Below are positions 1-13,255 of a DNA stretch of 64,000 nucleotides, piece after piece. Location of the stretch: positions 4,030,001 to 4,094,000 of the forward strand of contig NC_043016.1 in NCBI RefSeq assembly GCF_006345805.1, written 5' to 3'. Under the pieces are notes generated by a model that ran no database searches, was not told the origin of the DNA, and worked only from the letters and a program-made list of their open reading frames with translations. This stretch comes from Octopus sinensis. Taxonomy: Eukaryota. The position numbers were made by a program, and so were the translations under genes. How positions within the stretch are numbered: position 1 is the first letter of the stretch; the number at the start of each line of letters is the position of its first letter.

Positions 1-94
1 AATACCTTTATATTCACATCAAATATATACATACTTGTACACAGTATTATAATCGCAGGAATACAAGAACGCAGACAGGAACCTGGTGAAAAGA

Positions 95-345
95 GTTTGT
101 TGATTAAGTCTCAGTACTTGACTGGTACTTTATTTCATCAGTCTCAGAAAAATGGAAAGTAAATTTGACACGGACGAGACATGAACCTAGAATACAAACT
201 CCACAGGTCATTTCTGTTGAAATGATGATGATGATGGTGCTGGTGATAATTTAAAATTTTGGCACACAAGGCCTGCAATTTTGAAAAGGAAAGGTTGATA
301 GTAATGGTTTCAGTACATGACTGGTGGTTTGCTTTCCCTGTCAGA
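95..345 (-). mobile_element. Two decayed SINE family C fragments
   Basis: Degenerate matches to the family C motifs (ggtactttatttcatc...gaaagtaaatttgac; ggcacacaaggcc) that are better preserved at 22925-23150 and 45275-45900. Confidence 0.5.
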
Positions 346-699
346 ATAATAATAATGATGATAATGATAACTAAAGGCTTCTCATTTAGGAGGAAAGTTA
401 TGGCGATTTACATTCATCATGTTTGTGCTTGGTATTGATATTTTGTCTACCACATAAAGATGAGAAGCAATCTTGATTGTGGTGAGATTTGAATTGGTAT
501 GTAATTGTAATAATACTCATAGTGCTGACTATAATTTCTTATATGAACACAAGATCACAAATGTTTAGGAAATGGAGATTTCCTTGTCCTTGGAAGGAGG
601 AAAGGCAAAGTTAACTTTTGTAGTATGTGAACTACAAATGTATAGAGCAGTAAAGGTATATACTGAAAAACATTTTGTTTAACTTACTATCATTTCTGA

Positions 700-1290
700 C
701 AATAACAATAGTAATAATGATTTCTTTTATTTGCCACAGGGACATCAGATGAAAGGGGTTACTGTCTGTATAGAGATTTATATAAAATGATAAGAAGAAA
801 GGAAGGAAGGAAGGGAAGGAAGAAGATTAAAAGTATTTATTCATAGTATTCATTCACTAAATGTGTAAACACAAGGGTGATGGAGTTTTCTTGAAGTAGA
901 ACTTGTAGCTAAGGTCAATCAAGAAGCCACACAAGTCCAAGATCACCTTGATCACCAAAGACACATGCCCTCAGCCAACTTGTTCTCTAATCTACATATG
1001 CATGTTAATAGTAGTTCCATTCATCCTAACCATTTTTGTCATAGTCCCTTCCTTCTGACAAGTTGGCTGGGGTAGAGCACTTCTCTTCTCCACCCCCACC
1101 TTCCTTTTTAAGCGGAGCCTAAAAAGGACTTGAAAAGGGCTTCACTGAAGTGGAAGGCATCTATCCGCAATCTTTTCAGCCTTGTCCACTGCACAGTCCC
1201 TTTTGTCATAGCTACAAAGCAAAGGAACGCTGGCTGCCCAGTTTAAGTAGCTGATCCCCATGGTAAAATCTGCTGATAACTGTCTCGCTC
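700..1290 (-). mobile_element. Old Tx1-like (L1 clade) LINE 3' fragment
   Basis: 1077-1120 (gcacttctcttctccacccccaccttcctttttaag) resembles 17620-17645 of the younger copy. Minus translation LKRKVGVEK vs LKRKVRVER. Terminus cc-tgtggcaaataaaagaaa plus (ATT)n-like tail at ~700-740. Confidence 0.5.
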
Positions 1291-1514
1291 TCTCACACAC
1301 ACACCATTTTGCTAAATTCTTTTTTATTTTATATTTTATTTTATCACTTTGTTGATTTGTTTTGGCTTTCCTAATTACATTATTGCATACACAAATAGCC
1401 AATTTGATCAATTATACCAGATGGAAAGAGAAGGGTATCATCAGGGTTAAGAGATGATGCCATACAGTGTCAGGAAGTGACAAGGAGACAACAAAGTCAA
1501 CAATACATTTAAAA

Positions 1515-1544
<30 letters not shown>

Positions 1545-1545
<1 letters not shown>

Positions 1546-2018
1546 GGATTGGTTGTATGGTAAGTAGTTTGCTTACCAACCACATGGTTCCAAGTTCAGT
1601 CCCACTGTGTGGCACCTTGGGCAAGTGTCTTCTACTATAGCCTCAGGCCAACCAAAGCCTTGTGAGTGGATTTGGTAGACGGAAACTGAAAAATGCCTGT
1701 CATGTATATATATATATATATATATATATATGTAATCACACCAACATAAGTTGTCAAGCAATGGTTGGGGGACAAACTCAGATACACAAACATATATATA
1801 TATATGTTTGTGTATCTGAGTTTGTCCCCCAACCATTGCTTGACAACTTATGTTGGTGTGATTACATCCCCGTAACTTAGCGGTTCGGCTAGAAGAGATC
1901 AATAGAATAAGTACTAGGCTTACAAAGAATAAGTCCCGGGATTGATTTGTTTGACTAAAGGCGGTGCTCCAGCATGGCCACAGTCAAATGACTGAAACAA
2001 ATTAAAGAATAAAAGAAT
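1545..2018 (+). mobile_element. tRNA-derived SINE family A, full length, internal (TA)n
   Basis: Head (tggtaagtagtttgcttaccaaccacatggttccaagttcagtccc), ccttgggcaagtgtctt core and tail cagtcaaatgactgaaac; about 12 copies in the window. Confidence 0.85.
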
Positions 2019-2227
2019 ATGATTTTATAATCATTTTATTTTAAACACCATTATTTTCCTGGCTTGTTGAATTTCATTTCTGCTGCATAAATTGTTTGTT
2101 TATTTGTCTTGATTTTTATATCTTGTCTATGAAGCCTAATAATTACAAATCTGATACTTCATCACTATGTCTCCTTCAGTTTCAATTTCATCGCAAATAC
2201 TCTTGACTGTATCAGTTTTATGAAATA

Positions 2228-2420
2228 AAGAGCATCTATCTAATCTCTTGACCAACAGAAATAGAAAAAATCTCTAAATAATATCCAAGTTTCTTAGAAA
2301 AGGACAAAATAAACTGTACGTCCTGGTTGCTCTGCATCTAAAATGGACTGGTCACACAAATGCTTTCAGTCCTTGAATTGCTTAACCAGGGTTGACCTCC
2401 AGCCAAACAACAACAGCAGC
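2228..2420 (+). repeat. Interspersed repeat family E (SINE-like), decayed
   Basis: Similar to 10040-10245, 10810-11060, 12965-13255 and 15700-15905; ends in caacaac. Confidence 0.45.
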
Positions 2421-2819
2421 GACACTACTATCAGTTAAGAAATATTGTTACACATGAGTTTTTTTATTAATGTTTTTTGAGTCATGTAGGATGATTTTTA
2501 TGGCACCGCCATATTATACTATTTGTTATTTTTCTGTTTTGATGAACAAATAGATTAAAATCTATTTGCGGTTATACATTAGTATCATTACAAGCATTTA
2601 TCCTATTTCAGTACAGGGTCCATTTATCAGTGGTGTGAGCAAAATGTTGCTTGAATGAACGTATTGTATTTGACTTTAGAGATCTTATCTCAATTAACTA
2701 GGTACCAAAAGCTTCTGTTTCTCACTACAAGGAAGCCAATGATAAGAGATGCTTAAGATGCAATGAATGCGTAAAGCTGTAACAGAGTTGTAATAAGGCA
2801 TCCCATCCATTTCTTTATT

Positions 2820-2975
2820 GATTCTGCCAATCCATCACCCATTTTTATTGACTCTAAAAGGATGAAATAATAGCTGACGTTGGCTGGATTTGAACTCAAA
2901 GCAGAGAGGCAGGAAATACAATAAGGCATTCTGTCTTATATTCTAACAACACTTACAGTTTGCCACCTACAGTTA
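2820..2975 (-). mobile_element. SINE family C fragment
   Basis: aaaaggatgaa...ggatttgaactca...aaggcatt motifs shared with other family C copies. Confidence 0.5.
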
Positions 2976-4039
2976 TGTATTTGAGTCAATTTCTTGTCTT
3001 CTGTTCCTTTAACAAGCCATTTATTTTGTCTCCAACCAGCTATGAAAAAAAAAATGACAACACTTATTTCATAGTTGAATCTTTGTTATTATTGGACGGA
3101 GGATTTTAAACATCTTCCACAATTCTTTTGTCTTGTATATGCAAAACTATATAGGTTTCTGGTCAAGTGGTTTTTGAAATTTGCTTTGCAATCACAAGCT
3201 CTCAAGCTTGATACAGTTATACTAAAATTGTGCTGAAAATAATTGACCAGATGGAAACCGTAAAAACTTCTGATGATGTCACACACACTGATTCTACCCA
3301 AGGATTATTTTTAGGTACAAGCCAGTTGCCAAAAAGTTCAGTTGGTCAACCAACAGGAACATTTGTATGTCTAAATCAATGCAACTCCATCCACTTGTGA
3401 AACCATTCAAATATTTTGGAACAATAACACAATTGTGAATACATTGCTTTGTTTTTATTTTTTAGATTGATGGAATATTTCCCAGTTTGTTTTGGTTCTG
3501 TTTTGCATCTTTTTATTTGGGTTTGTTTTAAAAGGATGGTTTTCTTTGAGAACAGTATTAATAGTTGCATGCTAACTTTAGTAGGGGTATTTTTTTTTAT
3601 TAAGTTGGCACATTGGGGTAAGCAAAATTTATATACTATGTTCAGGGAGTATTACTTTTGTGAGTAAGATTGGAAATTGTGAACATGTGATTAACAAGTT
3701 ATGTAATGTCTTCATAACAAAAAAAAACAACAACAAAAAACCCCTATATATCTAACATATGTATTTATCTCTTTATTTCATTGTAGAATATCCTTGCTTG
3801 AAATACTGGTCATATGTAATGCAGCACTAAGTAACAATTTTTAACTGACAGTTTAAAAAACAGAAGCAAATTCATGGACAAGAAACTTCTAGTTAGCACT
3901 GCATTCTGTTTTGTGTATATTTACCTATGTCCTCCCTCATTTTAAAGCACATAATAATAGTGGGGATTAAATCCTTATTTCATCATCAATTATATCACTT
4001 ATTTTATGCTCTGTTTATTTCATTCCACTAATAATGGTT

Positions 4040-5700
4040 GATAAAGTAAGCCTGAATTGTTTTGTTGCTTGAAAATTCTTATCACTTCCACTTCACATTT
4101 TGCTCAATTTTCTTCAACCTAAGCTGAACCTAGTTTCCTGTATCTTCATTGTATATTGTAACAAAATCAACAGAAATACATGGTTTTTACATTAGAAGGC
4201 TTCTCAAAAGCTGTCTCATTGTTTGTGGTTCTGGTTTACAGTCACCTATGGTGACATTGAAGAAGTCGTGTTACCATTAATTGTAAGTCACTTTGGCCAT
4301 GCCAATTCAACTGGTTCATGCGTTTCCTTTTTCATCCAAATTTTATCCACATCGCATAGTTGTATTTATCCACTTGCTACTATTTCCACTGTTATTGAAG
4401 TTGGTAAGTTGTTTCTTTCATCATACTGGTTCTTTCTTTGAACATTTGATGGCATTCACTGCTAACACCCCTTACTGAGTACTGATCTCTTAATGACCAA
4501 CAAGGATAAATCTGTTTGTCTAAACTGCTTGTGATCAGTTAAAAAAGAATGCCTTGACTGGCATCTGTGCTGGTGGCACATAAAAAGCACCAACTGATCA
4601 TGGCCATTGCCAGCCTTGCCTTGTACGTAAAAAGCACCCACTACACTCATGGAGTGGTTGTCGTTAGGAAGGGCATCCAGCTGTAGAAACACTGCCAGGT
4701 CAGACTGGAGCTTGGTGCAGTCTCCTGGCTTCCCAGACCCTGGTCAAACCGTCCAATCCATGCTAGCATGGAAAACCGACGTTAAACGATGATGATGATA
4801 AATGTTTGCTCTAGTTTCTTAACATTGGTAAATCTTTCCCATACTAAGCTTTCAAGTTCAACTGGGAACAGATAAGTTGCCTGAAGAGTTTCACCCTGTC
4901 TTGTATTTGTGAGCTTGCTGACAATTTGTAAGTGCTCAGTTTTGCTTTTATCTTTTGGATGTTGGTCTTGAAATTGAAACGATTAGGCATGACACTAAGT
5001 ATTTATGGGACTCAAAAGGTGTTTCAGACCAAGTTATGTGAAGCTGGTGTTTTGCTTCATGTTTCCTATGATGAAAGGAGCATAGTTGACTGGCAGAGTG
5101 GTGGTTCCCTTCATTAAATGATGTTAGCTTAGCAAATAAATTTGTCAGCATTTATTCCACTTCCAGAAGATCTGTATCTTGTTCTGTAACAATGTTTGCC
5201 ATCATACACAAATTAGCATGTCATCACTTTCTGGTTTGTCATTAGTGTATATACTGAAAAGCATGTTGAAAATCTCTACCTCAGTTGAGCATGCTTGTTC
5301 TCTTGAGGTAAATCATCTTCAGTCTACATCAAAGGTTCTCAGCCCATTTTGGCCCTAGCAGTCACAAATGACACCCCACTACAAAATATTTTATTTTTCA
5401 ATATACAACTTATTTTGATATCAAGAGATAATGATTAAAAAATAAAGACGTTGTTTCACGTATGCACTTGTACGCAGTCAGGAGTACAGATGTACAAATT
5501 GAAATAATAAATGGTCTTATGAATGAAAGTTTGGTAATTGTGTTTATTTCCACCACACAACACTTATGAGATAACATGTTGTCTTTTGAAAGAGTGCTCT
5601 TTTGGTACAAGTAAATGCCGATGAAATTATTTCCCTTATCAAAATTGTTAGAACTTGTGCATCAATCTGACATAAGTTACTGTCACTTGGGAAGAGGATT
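4040..5700 (-). mobile_element. Decayed Ingi/Vingi-like non-LTR retrotransposon (RT and C-terminal region)
   Basis: Minus-strand remnants LPQE, MLFSIYTNDKP, CSFHHRKHEAKHQLHITWSETPFESHKYL and QYDERNNLP occur in the expected order with many stops and frameshifts; interrupted by an RTE tail at 4548-4798. Outer boundaries approximate. Confidence 0.55.
4548..4798 (+). mobile_element. RTE LINE 3' terminal fragment with (GAT)n tail
   Basis: cacccactacactc...ggaagggcatccagctgtagaaac...cgttaaacgatgatgatga; the same terminus ends the RT-bearing copy at 43850-45195. Confidence 0.8.
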
Positions 5701-7049
5701 TTTTATGCTCAAGAAAGAGAGTGTATATGATAAAAATTGTTGAAATACACGTGTACTTCAGATGAGTAACAAATTGTGGAGGATAGTATACAGATTGTTT
5801 TATTGTGGAGGAAAGTATCTAGTTTGTTTCATTCACAAAATCTGCATTTTTTTTAAAAAGGAAGTAAAAAAATCTAAAAATTGGTTTTATTGATGCAGTT
5901 TTCCATGCTTATTCTTGTGAAGACATGAATTTCTAGAGAAAAAATTTGACGAAAATGTTACAGATGTTTAAAAATAACAAAAAACAATAAAACTGCCTAA
6001 TTGTTTGCATTGTAATGGCGTTGACTTAGCAATGTCAACTTCGAGGTTGTGCCATGTGAAATTTATACTTTAGCATCCAACTTGAATACTATATTAGCAT
6101 GGAAAGCGGACGTTAAATGAGGATGATGACATAAAGGATCAATTTTCAAAATTTTTACTTCCTTTAAAAAATGCAGATTTTGTGAGTGAAACAGACTAGA
6201 TCCCACATAAATTATGTATACATACATATAATATATTTAGACACTTTGACAAGAACTGAAACACAGGTATGTGTGTGTGTGTTTGCTAGTGTCTGTTTAC
6301 TTATACACAATCAACAAGTGAGCAATGAGGTACTCTCTGTGTGGTTGTTCAATTTGCTAGAAATAACAGCCAAATCTCCCTCATTATACTCTTGTTAGTA
6401 TTAAAGAAGTGGGTGGGAAATGTTTACTCTTCTCCAATAATTACGAATAAAATTAATAGTTTTGATTTTGTTTGGCTTTATGAATTTAATGTTTTTTAAA
6501 TGGATCTGTCCATTGCTTGATACAAGCAAAAAGAAATTGGAAAATCCTGATTAACATTGAGAAATTTCACCTTAACAAAAAATGTAGAAAGAGAAAGAAA
6601 AGGTTCTGTTTTTCAAAGCCAAAATGTGTTTTTAGCTGAGGTGTAATTTTATAATTAAAACAAATTCAAAATTTAAATTTCAGAACATAAGACTTATCAT
6701 GTTATCTGGTGTATGGCCGCAGTTCAAATGGGTACAAAACCTAAATCAAATGTGTGTGGTTGAATCTTTAATAGCCAAGGGTCAGTTTAAGTTCAGTCAC
6801 AGAAAGGAATTCAAAATGGCAACACATGCAATCATATACATACCCCTGCATACATATACAGACACATAGCTAACAGCCACTCCCCAAAGCCAGTTTCATC
6901 CAAAATTCTGACCACCATTCTTTATATATTTGTACACATACGCAACACATTTAACTTTTTGCTTTTATTCATTGCTTTTTGTTCATCTGTTTTTAGTTTT
7001 TGTTTTTGGGGTTTCACTTTAGCAACACCACTTACACATGGTACCAGGA

Positions 7050-8420
7050 ATTTGGTTGGTGTTGCCAAAGTGGAAAAAGTGTTAAAGTTTTTGAAAATTT
7101 GAAACAGAAAGAAATGTTTTTTTTTTTAAATGATTGTTGCAGAGATGTGAAAATATGGCTACTACTTGTTAATTTCAAATTAAACTTACCAAAGTCGAGG
7201 ATCTTGTTAAAATCAAACTGTTTTCAACATAAGTAAGGTGTAGAGTAAATTTGTCACATTTTCTTTTAATGATAATGTTGTTAATTCTAAATCACCTGAA
7301 CAATATGTAATGCAAAATGTATAAATCACGAGGCAGCAATGACTGAGTAGGTGGCCATCAGTGACCAACTGTGATCAGGGAAAAGCTTCTGTGGTGGTGA
7401 AAAGTGTTGATGCCAGGCTAACTAATCATGTGGGCATCAAACATTTTGAAGCTGGTGATGGGTGCTTTTGGTGATTTAAAAACCACCATGGAATCGGTTA
7501 TAAAATTGCTTATTTGGAAGCAGGCAGTAACCTTTCCATTGCCATATTTCTCTTTAAGTCCGTGACCTTCATTTCAATTAATTTCAAAATAACGAAAAAT
7601 TTAGTAAAATAATTTGTTCCTAAAATATGAAGTAACATGAAATTCTGATGAAATTTGATGGAAGATCTTAATTTAGATCAATTTAAAGCAAGAGTGTTTG
7701 TATCATAGAACTAGGGATGGTCTCACAAGGCTTGGTGCCAAAAGAGTTACTTAAGAGTAAAGGGCTTCTAATTTCAAAAATGTTTAAAGGTGATACAACT
7801 CTGTTTTATCATGCTGTCAGTACTCCAGAATACTCAAGCTGGAAACTTCAATGCCTTGTGGGAATTTAAATGTGGAATGTTTGTTTCCGTCATGTTATGT
7901 GAATGCAAATAGCATGCATCTTTTAAAGTTTATGATGTCGGAGGGTAATAATTCACTAACTACCATTATATCATTACATAGCCATTCAGAGAAACGGTAT
8001 TTTAACATGCATATCTTCAACAATCGATTTTTCTCATGAAACATTCCTGTGTAATGTTAGGAAGATATCGTCTATTTGTCTGTTGATGAAGTGAAGGTAC
8101 CACAAACTTTTGTCAATGCACCAGTTCACCCAGATGTTCGCCAACTTGTCAGTAATGATGGTAGAACAAAGTGCTTGTTTTTACTTGCAATAAATCTGCA
8201 TGATGCAGCAGCCAGTAGATCAAGGTATAATTGTAGTTTGGAAGGGATTATTCCTTTAAAGATATTCCTTTAAAGATATTCTGGTAAAGGTCTCATGATC
8301 ATAGAAGAGGATACCCTTAAGGAAGATTCCCAAGGACAAACAACTGTCAGTATCCTCAAGTGATGCAGCCTCTAGTCACCAATATTCAGTTTAGCAGCTC
8401 TATGGAAGGCGCGAAGGACT
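7050..8420 (-). mobile_element. Decayed Penelope-like element (RT plus GIY-YIG remnants)
   Basis: Minus translation in order: ILVT/AASL, KLANIWVNW, RQIDDIF (RYxDDIF-like), STFKFPQGIE, then CLVIYTFC...TTLSLKE and FDFNKILD (GIY-YIG-like); heavily degraded. Confidence 0.55.
7528..7749 (-). mobile_element. TTAA/piggyBac-type MITE nested in the Penelope-like remnant
   Basis: Ends taacctttccattgccatattt and aaagagtta; body is the reverse complement of the family at 40662-40946. Confidence 0.55.
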
Positions 8421-8921
8421 ACTGCTATAGCTAATGTCATAGAAAGAAAACAAAAAAAACAAAAAACAAAAACAACTTCTGTACAGTGTGACTGTAGAAT
8501 ATACAATTTTGAAGGATTTGGGGTAAGCGATTCATTTGTTTACTCCTGAGGGCAGGTAAAGCAGATGTCTTGTAGAAGACCTATAGAATGACTCATGTGT
8601 TAACTGAAGATACAACAGATAAAATTATTGGTGATAGCAGAGGTAAAATGACAACCTATTGCCTTAGGAACTTTCTGTTAATTGAGAATCCTTAATAACA
8701 TCATTTTCTATATTGTGTTATCAATGGAAAACTAAGGTTTGACTTTGTTATCAATATCTCTGAGCTTTGAGCGAATTCTTTATCTAGAAGCAACACGAGG
8801 AAGGTAAACAACTGAAACTCTCCTTGTTCTTTCATGTCAATTGGTTCCAACTTTACTACAGCTGTTAAGTCTGCTGATGATGTTGATGGTCAATTTGCTG
8901 ATGACTCAAACTCAGACTTTA

Positions 8922-9020
8922 ACCCATTTTGTGTTTAAGCCAGCCATATCCAGCTGGAATATTTTACCTGTTTTATGTTAAAACTGACTGAGCCCAACCT
9001 CTCACACCTCTCACACCTAT
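8922..9020 (-). mobile_element. TTAA-type MITE fragment
   Basis: Reverse complement of the 3' part of 15100-15328 (ccatatcc...aatattttacctgttttatgtt...cctctcacacct). Confidence 0.5.
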
Positions 9021-10039
9021 TGATAAAGTTATGAATAATACTTAAGGGAAAAGACTTTGACAGAGAAACAACTGATTGACTGTTTAGTCAACACATTAAA
9101 CAAATGATTGATTTGCTTGTTGGTTAAATATTTAATCAATTGACTTACAATAAAGAAGAGATATTGTATCAGAGCATGTGTTTATTATTATTGGAGTAAT
9201 GACCCTCCCAAGATACAGCTGTATATATAGACTGATGAAAGCCCTTGAAGGTGGTGCTTCATTCTGGCCTCACTCAAGTGACTGGTACAATTAAAAATAA
9301 TTTTAATTAAAAAAAATATATACTGGTGATGACTCAGTTTGTTCTAATCTTAGGTACTTACCTTATATTTGTATCCATGTCCCAATATTAAGAATCAGTG
9401 TTGGCTGTAACATGGTTTGGTAGTGTGTGAGCTCTTGAGTGTTTTTATTTAATTTTGTGAATTTAGTTTACCTTTAAATATTTTTGTAAAACGTACTTAA
9501 ATACTTTGATGAAAATGCTTTAGTACTTTAGTAAAAACACTCAGATGATATACTACATAGCACAAATACCATAGTATACACATATACATAACTAAGGATG
9601 TATATACATTACTTATGAATGCACGTATATATATATTGACATACACTTATACATAAATATGAGCCATCTTAGTCTAAATATTTTTTTTACTAATTTATTT
9701 TTCTTGTTTGCTATCATGTTCATTGCTATTTGATTATTTATTACAACAAATGTATGTATAACATTGACTAAATTCTCCACTGAATTGCTGCTATAAAGGT
9801 CTTGGTAATCAATTTTACAGAACATCTCTAATAACTACTGACTTTACTGCTATGTAAATAAAAGCACTGACCCTGTCTTGTTCCATTCTGCTTGCTCTCA
9901 GAAAATGGTATTTCATTAAAAAGCTTCCTGCTGATTGTCACTGTGACTTGTAAACTCTGTCTCCCCCTCTTCTCAATTTATTTTCTTAAAATTGGAAATT
10001 AGCTTTTAGTGTGTGTCACCAATACCAACTATAGGAGGC

Positions 10040-10245
10040 ATATTTATGCAGTTGCTTGACTGACTAGAAAAAGCAGTCAGATTTTCTTGATCACACCCAA
10101 TCATCTCAATAAATAAATAAATTAAAAAAAAAAAGGAGATACTGGACAACATAGTTCTAGATATACACAAATACAGGATAGTCATGGCTGGAATGCTTTT
10201 GAACTTGTGTTTTCTTATTCTGGGTTATATTAACAACAATAATTT
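10040..10245 (+). repeat. Interspersed repeat family E
   Basis: cttgactgactagaaa...gtcatggctggaatgc...aacaacaa. Confidence 0.5.
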
Positions 10246-10429
10246 CTTTTATTTGCTACAGGGGCATCACTACTATCATAATCACAGTCAAAATGTGAAT
10301 ATAGATGTTAAGGTTGTTATAAGAAACCTGACTTTGTAAAAAAATTTATCTTTGTGGCCATGCTGGGGCATTGTCTTGAAGTAATTTTTTAGTTGAATGC
10401 ATTGACCTCAGTACTTATTTTTTACTTTA

Positions 10430-10539
10430 AGCTTCGTGCTTATTCTTTCAGTCTCTTTTGTTGAACTGCCAAGTTATGGGGACATCAACACGAGTTATCA
10501 AGTGGTGGTGGATGGGGCAAACACAGACACAAACACATG

Positions 10540-10619
<80 letters not shown>

Positions 10620-10755
10620 GGTCTTCTTTCAGTTTCCCTCTATTGAATCCATTCACAAGGCTTTGGTCAGCCCAAGGTTATATGTACTAGAAGACAACTT
10701 ACCCCAGAACACAGAACAATGCGGTTGAAACGCAAGCTTCTTACCACACAACCAT
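10430..10755 (-). mobile_element. SINE family A (partial) with expanded (CA)n at ~10543-10617
   Basis: ttcagtttcc...ccattcacaaggctttggtcagccc...cttcttaccacacaacca. Confidence 0.7.
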
Positions 10756-10809
10756 TTGGTTCTTGATTTTGCATAAGTCTTGACTGTACAATTGATAAGA
10801 GATTTATTT

Positions 10810-11060
10810 GTTATTGTGGTTAACACCAAGTCAGCTTTGATTCAGCAAACGTTTAATCATACAAGCCCAGAAAATAGAACAGATGGAACATCATTATTTT
10901 GATGTACCATAGTGATGTTCCATTTGTAGTTATCTTGTCATATTCTTACATTAAGAAGGATGTATTCTTTGTCCTAGACAGTTGGGGCATGATTCCAGGA
11001 AGATCTGGCTGGTATTTCTAGCAGGCCAAGCAACCATGTTGAGGTTATTTTAGCTTGAAC
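10810..11060 (-). repeat. Interspersed repeat family E
   Basis: gttattgtggttaacaccaagtcagc...ggctggtatttctagcaggccaagcaacc. Confidence 0.45.
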
Positions 11061-11412
11061 TCCATATATCAGTAGAACTTGAGCTTTTAATAACAGTTTT
11101 ATAATGGTGAGCAAATAAGACATAGATATGAGACAGTCACTACAGAAATACTTTTGATTGTAAGTTTGCTTAATTAGAGCCAGTCTGGAATTTAAAAAAA
11201 TGTCAACCTTTGGAGTTTATGGTGGAATTAACTTTGCAGGTAAAAATATTACTTGATATGATGATAATTCCAAGATGGTCTATACAATGCCTTTAAACAT
11301 GAACAAAAGAAGAATGCTTTGATAGGAAAACTCAGGTAGCATAATAATATTCCTTTAAAACATTTCAGAAATAAAATATTTTAAGTTATCACCATAGACA
11401 CACTATCTACAT

Positions 11413-11729
11413 CTGTGGTTTGCATCCAGTGTCCATGTGGCACCGTGAGGGTCCATATAAGACTTTTGGGGGTCCACTCAATAAAATAGTAAATTGGGGA
11501 TCGAGGTTTTACGAAAACTTTTTATTTAGATATATTTATTGCAGGAAATAATTAGATTTTGTTCTCTGTTTTACATAGTTCAACTAATACAAGCTTATGT
11601 ATGAAAAAGAAAACAAGTATTTTGAAAGTTTCAATGATTAAAAACTAGTTTTTAAACATTGAAGGGCTATGGGGATCTATCAGAATAAAATAGTAATCCA
11701 TAGGTGAAAAAATGAGTGAGAAATCCCTG
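11413..11729. mobile_element. Decayed hAT-type MITE
   Basis: Degenerate CAGTGGTT-type termini; flanking 8-mers atctacat (11405-11412) and atctacac (11730-11737). Confidence 0.55.
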
Positions 11730-12129
11730 ATCTACACTAATATAATGATAACTTGGTGTTGAGTATATATGTAAACAGACAAGATGTGATAGGGAAAGTG
11801 TGAAAGTAAAATTCTGATATATGTTGAATGACAGCTTTAGTTATTTGAACACTATCAACACATAAGTCTTGGTGAAGCCAGAATGATGAGTCTATTTCCA
11901 AAACCCATAACACCAAATGCCAAAACACAGACAACATCACACTAAGATTGGGGCAGAAAATCTAGAAAGAGAAGGCTTCACACTTTAAGGATATACGTAC
12001 AACCCAAATATTCACAATCTAAGCACAATGTCTAATCTAGCTGATATCATTCAAAAGGCTGGGAGTGATTGTGTGGTGGGACATTTTTTATGAAGCAGAT
12101 CTCAGTATTTGTCAGTGCTTATGTTACAC

Positions 12130-12184
<55 letters not shown>

Positions 12185-12193
12185 TAGATAAGT

Positions 12194-12517
12194 GAAGGTG
12201 CGTGGCTTAGTGGTTAGGGGCATTCGGTTCACGATTGTAAGGTCATGAGTTCGATTCCCAGTGATACGTTGTGTCCTTGAGCAAGACACTTTATTTCATG
12301 TTGCTCCATTCCACTCAGCTGGCAAAAATGAGTATTACCTGTATTTCAAAGAGCCAGCCTTGTCATACCCTGTGTCACGCTGAATCTCCCTGAGAACTAC
12401 TTTAGAGGTACACATGTCTGTGGAGTGCTCAGCCACTTGCACGTTAATTTCACGAGCAGGCTGTTCCATTGATCGTATCAGCTGGGACCCTCATTGCCGT
12501 AACCGATGGAATGCTCC
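12194..12517 (+). mobile_element. tRNA-derived SINE family B
   Basis: A/B-box-like head gtggcttagtggttag...gagttcgattccc and gtgtccttgagcaagacacttt; copies at 32652 and 56209; starts just after (TA)n. Confidence 0.8.
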
Positions 12518-12537
12518 TATATATATATATATATATT

Positions 12538-12569
<32 letters not shown>

Positions 12570-12964
12570 AGCCTGTGTGCACAGGCATATTTAAATATGC
12601 CCATGCATATACAAGACTAAGTATATTTATAACATATATATATATATTTTGATATGCACATATGTTGTCACCAATGCAACACCTGAATCTGATAATGCAA
12701 TCATTGATTTATTGTACTTTCATTCAGGTGAGCACTAACTGGCAGGTCTACCTGATCCTGCTCCTCTTGCATTAGTTCTATTTTCTTATTTATGTATTTT
12801 TATATCAAATTACTCTAGAAATGATGTGCAGTGCTCCATTACCAGATTTGAGCTGATGATGTTCCACATGAACATCTGCAGGGCAATGTGTCCACAAGAA
12901 AAACATGAATGGAAAGTAGATTAAAAACTCAAAGAGAACTCAGTTAACTGCATTCATATACAAA

Positions 12965-13255
12965 GGTGGTAGTAGTGTTTTGTCTGATCTATTAGATCTG
13001 TAATGAAAAGCATTCTAGTCATGACCATCCTGCCTTCTTTCTGGGATGTCTGGGATTACATCATCTTGTATGTCTTTCTGTTATATGATAGCTTGTGATT
13101 TGATTGAACTTTGGCAGTGATTTCTACCAACTTTGTTGACCTTGTGGTAGTTTAACCAGTGGCTTGCTTGGGATGTTATCTTGCCTCCTCTTAGACCTGG
13201 TGAAGCTGACTTATAAGCAAAGGTGTTTCAGCCGTGACTGATTTGTTTGCAGACA
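12965..13255 (-). repeat. Two adjacent family E repeats
   Basis: tgtctgatctattagatc...cattctagtcatgaccatcc; second copy ttagacctggtgaagctgac...gtttcagccgtgac. Confidence 0.45.

Noticed and set aside
973-1068. 11-bp inverted repeat agccaacttgt/acaagttggct
   Set aside because: Lies inside an old Tx1-like fragment, has no TSD and is compatible with chance.
7165-7235. Minus-strand KILDFG followed by gtaagt, resembling a kinase DFG exon
   Set aside because: Weak acceptor, no other kinase motifs, and FDFNKILD fits the GIY-YIG end of the surrounding Penelope-like relic.
12194-12270. tRNA-like A/B boxes here and at the heads of families A and C
   Set aside because: No complete cloverleaf; each continues into a SINE body, so these are SINE heads rather than tRNA genes.
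12817-12900. C/D snoRNA-like ATGATGT...CTGA
   Set aside because: Non-canonical C box, no terminal D box or terminal stem, and no recognisable rRNA guide.
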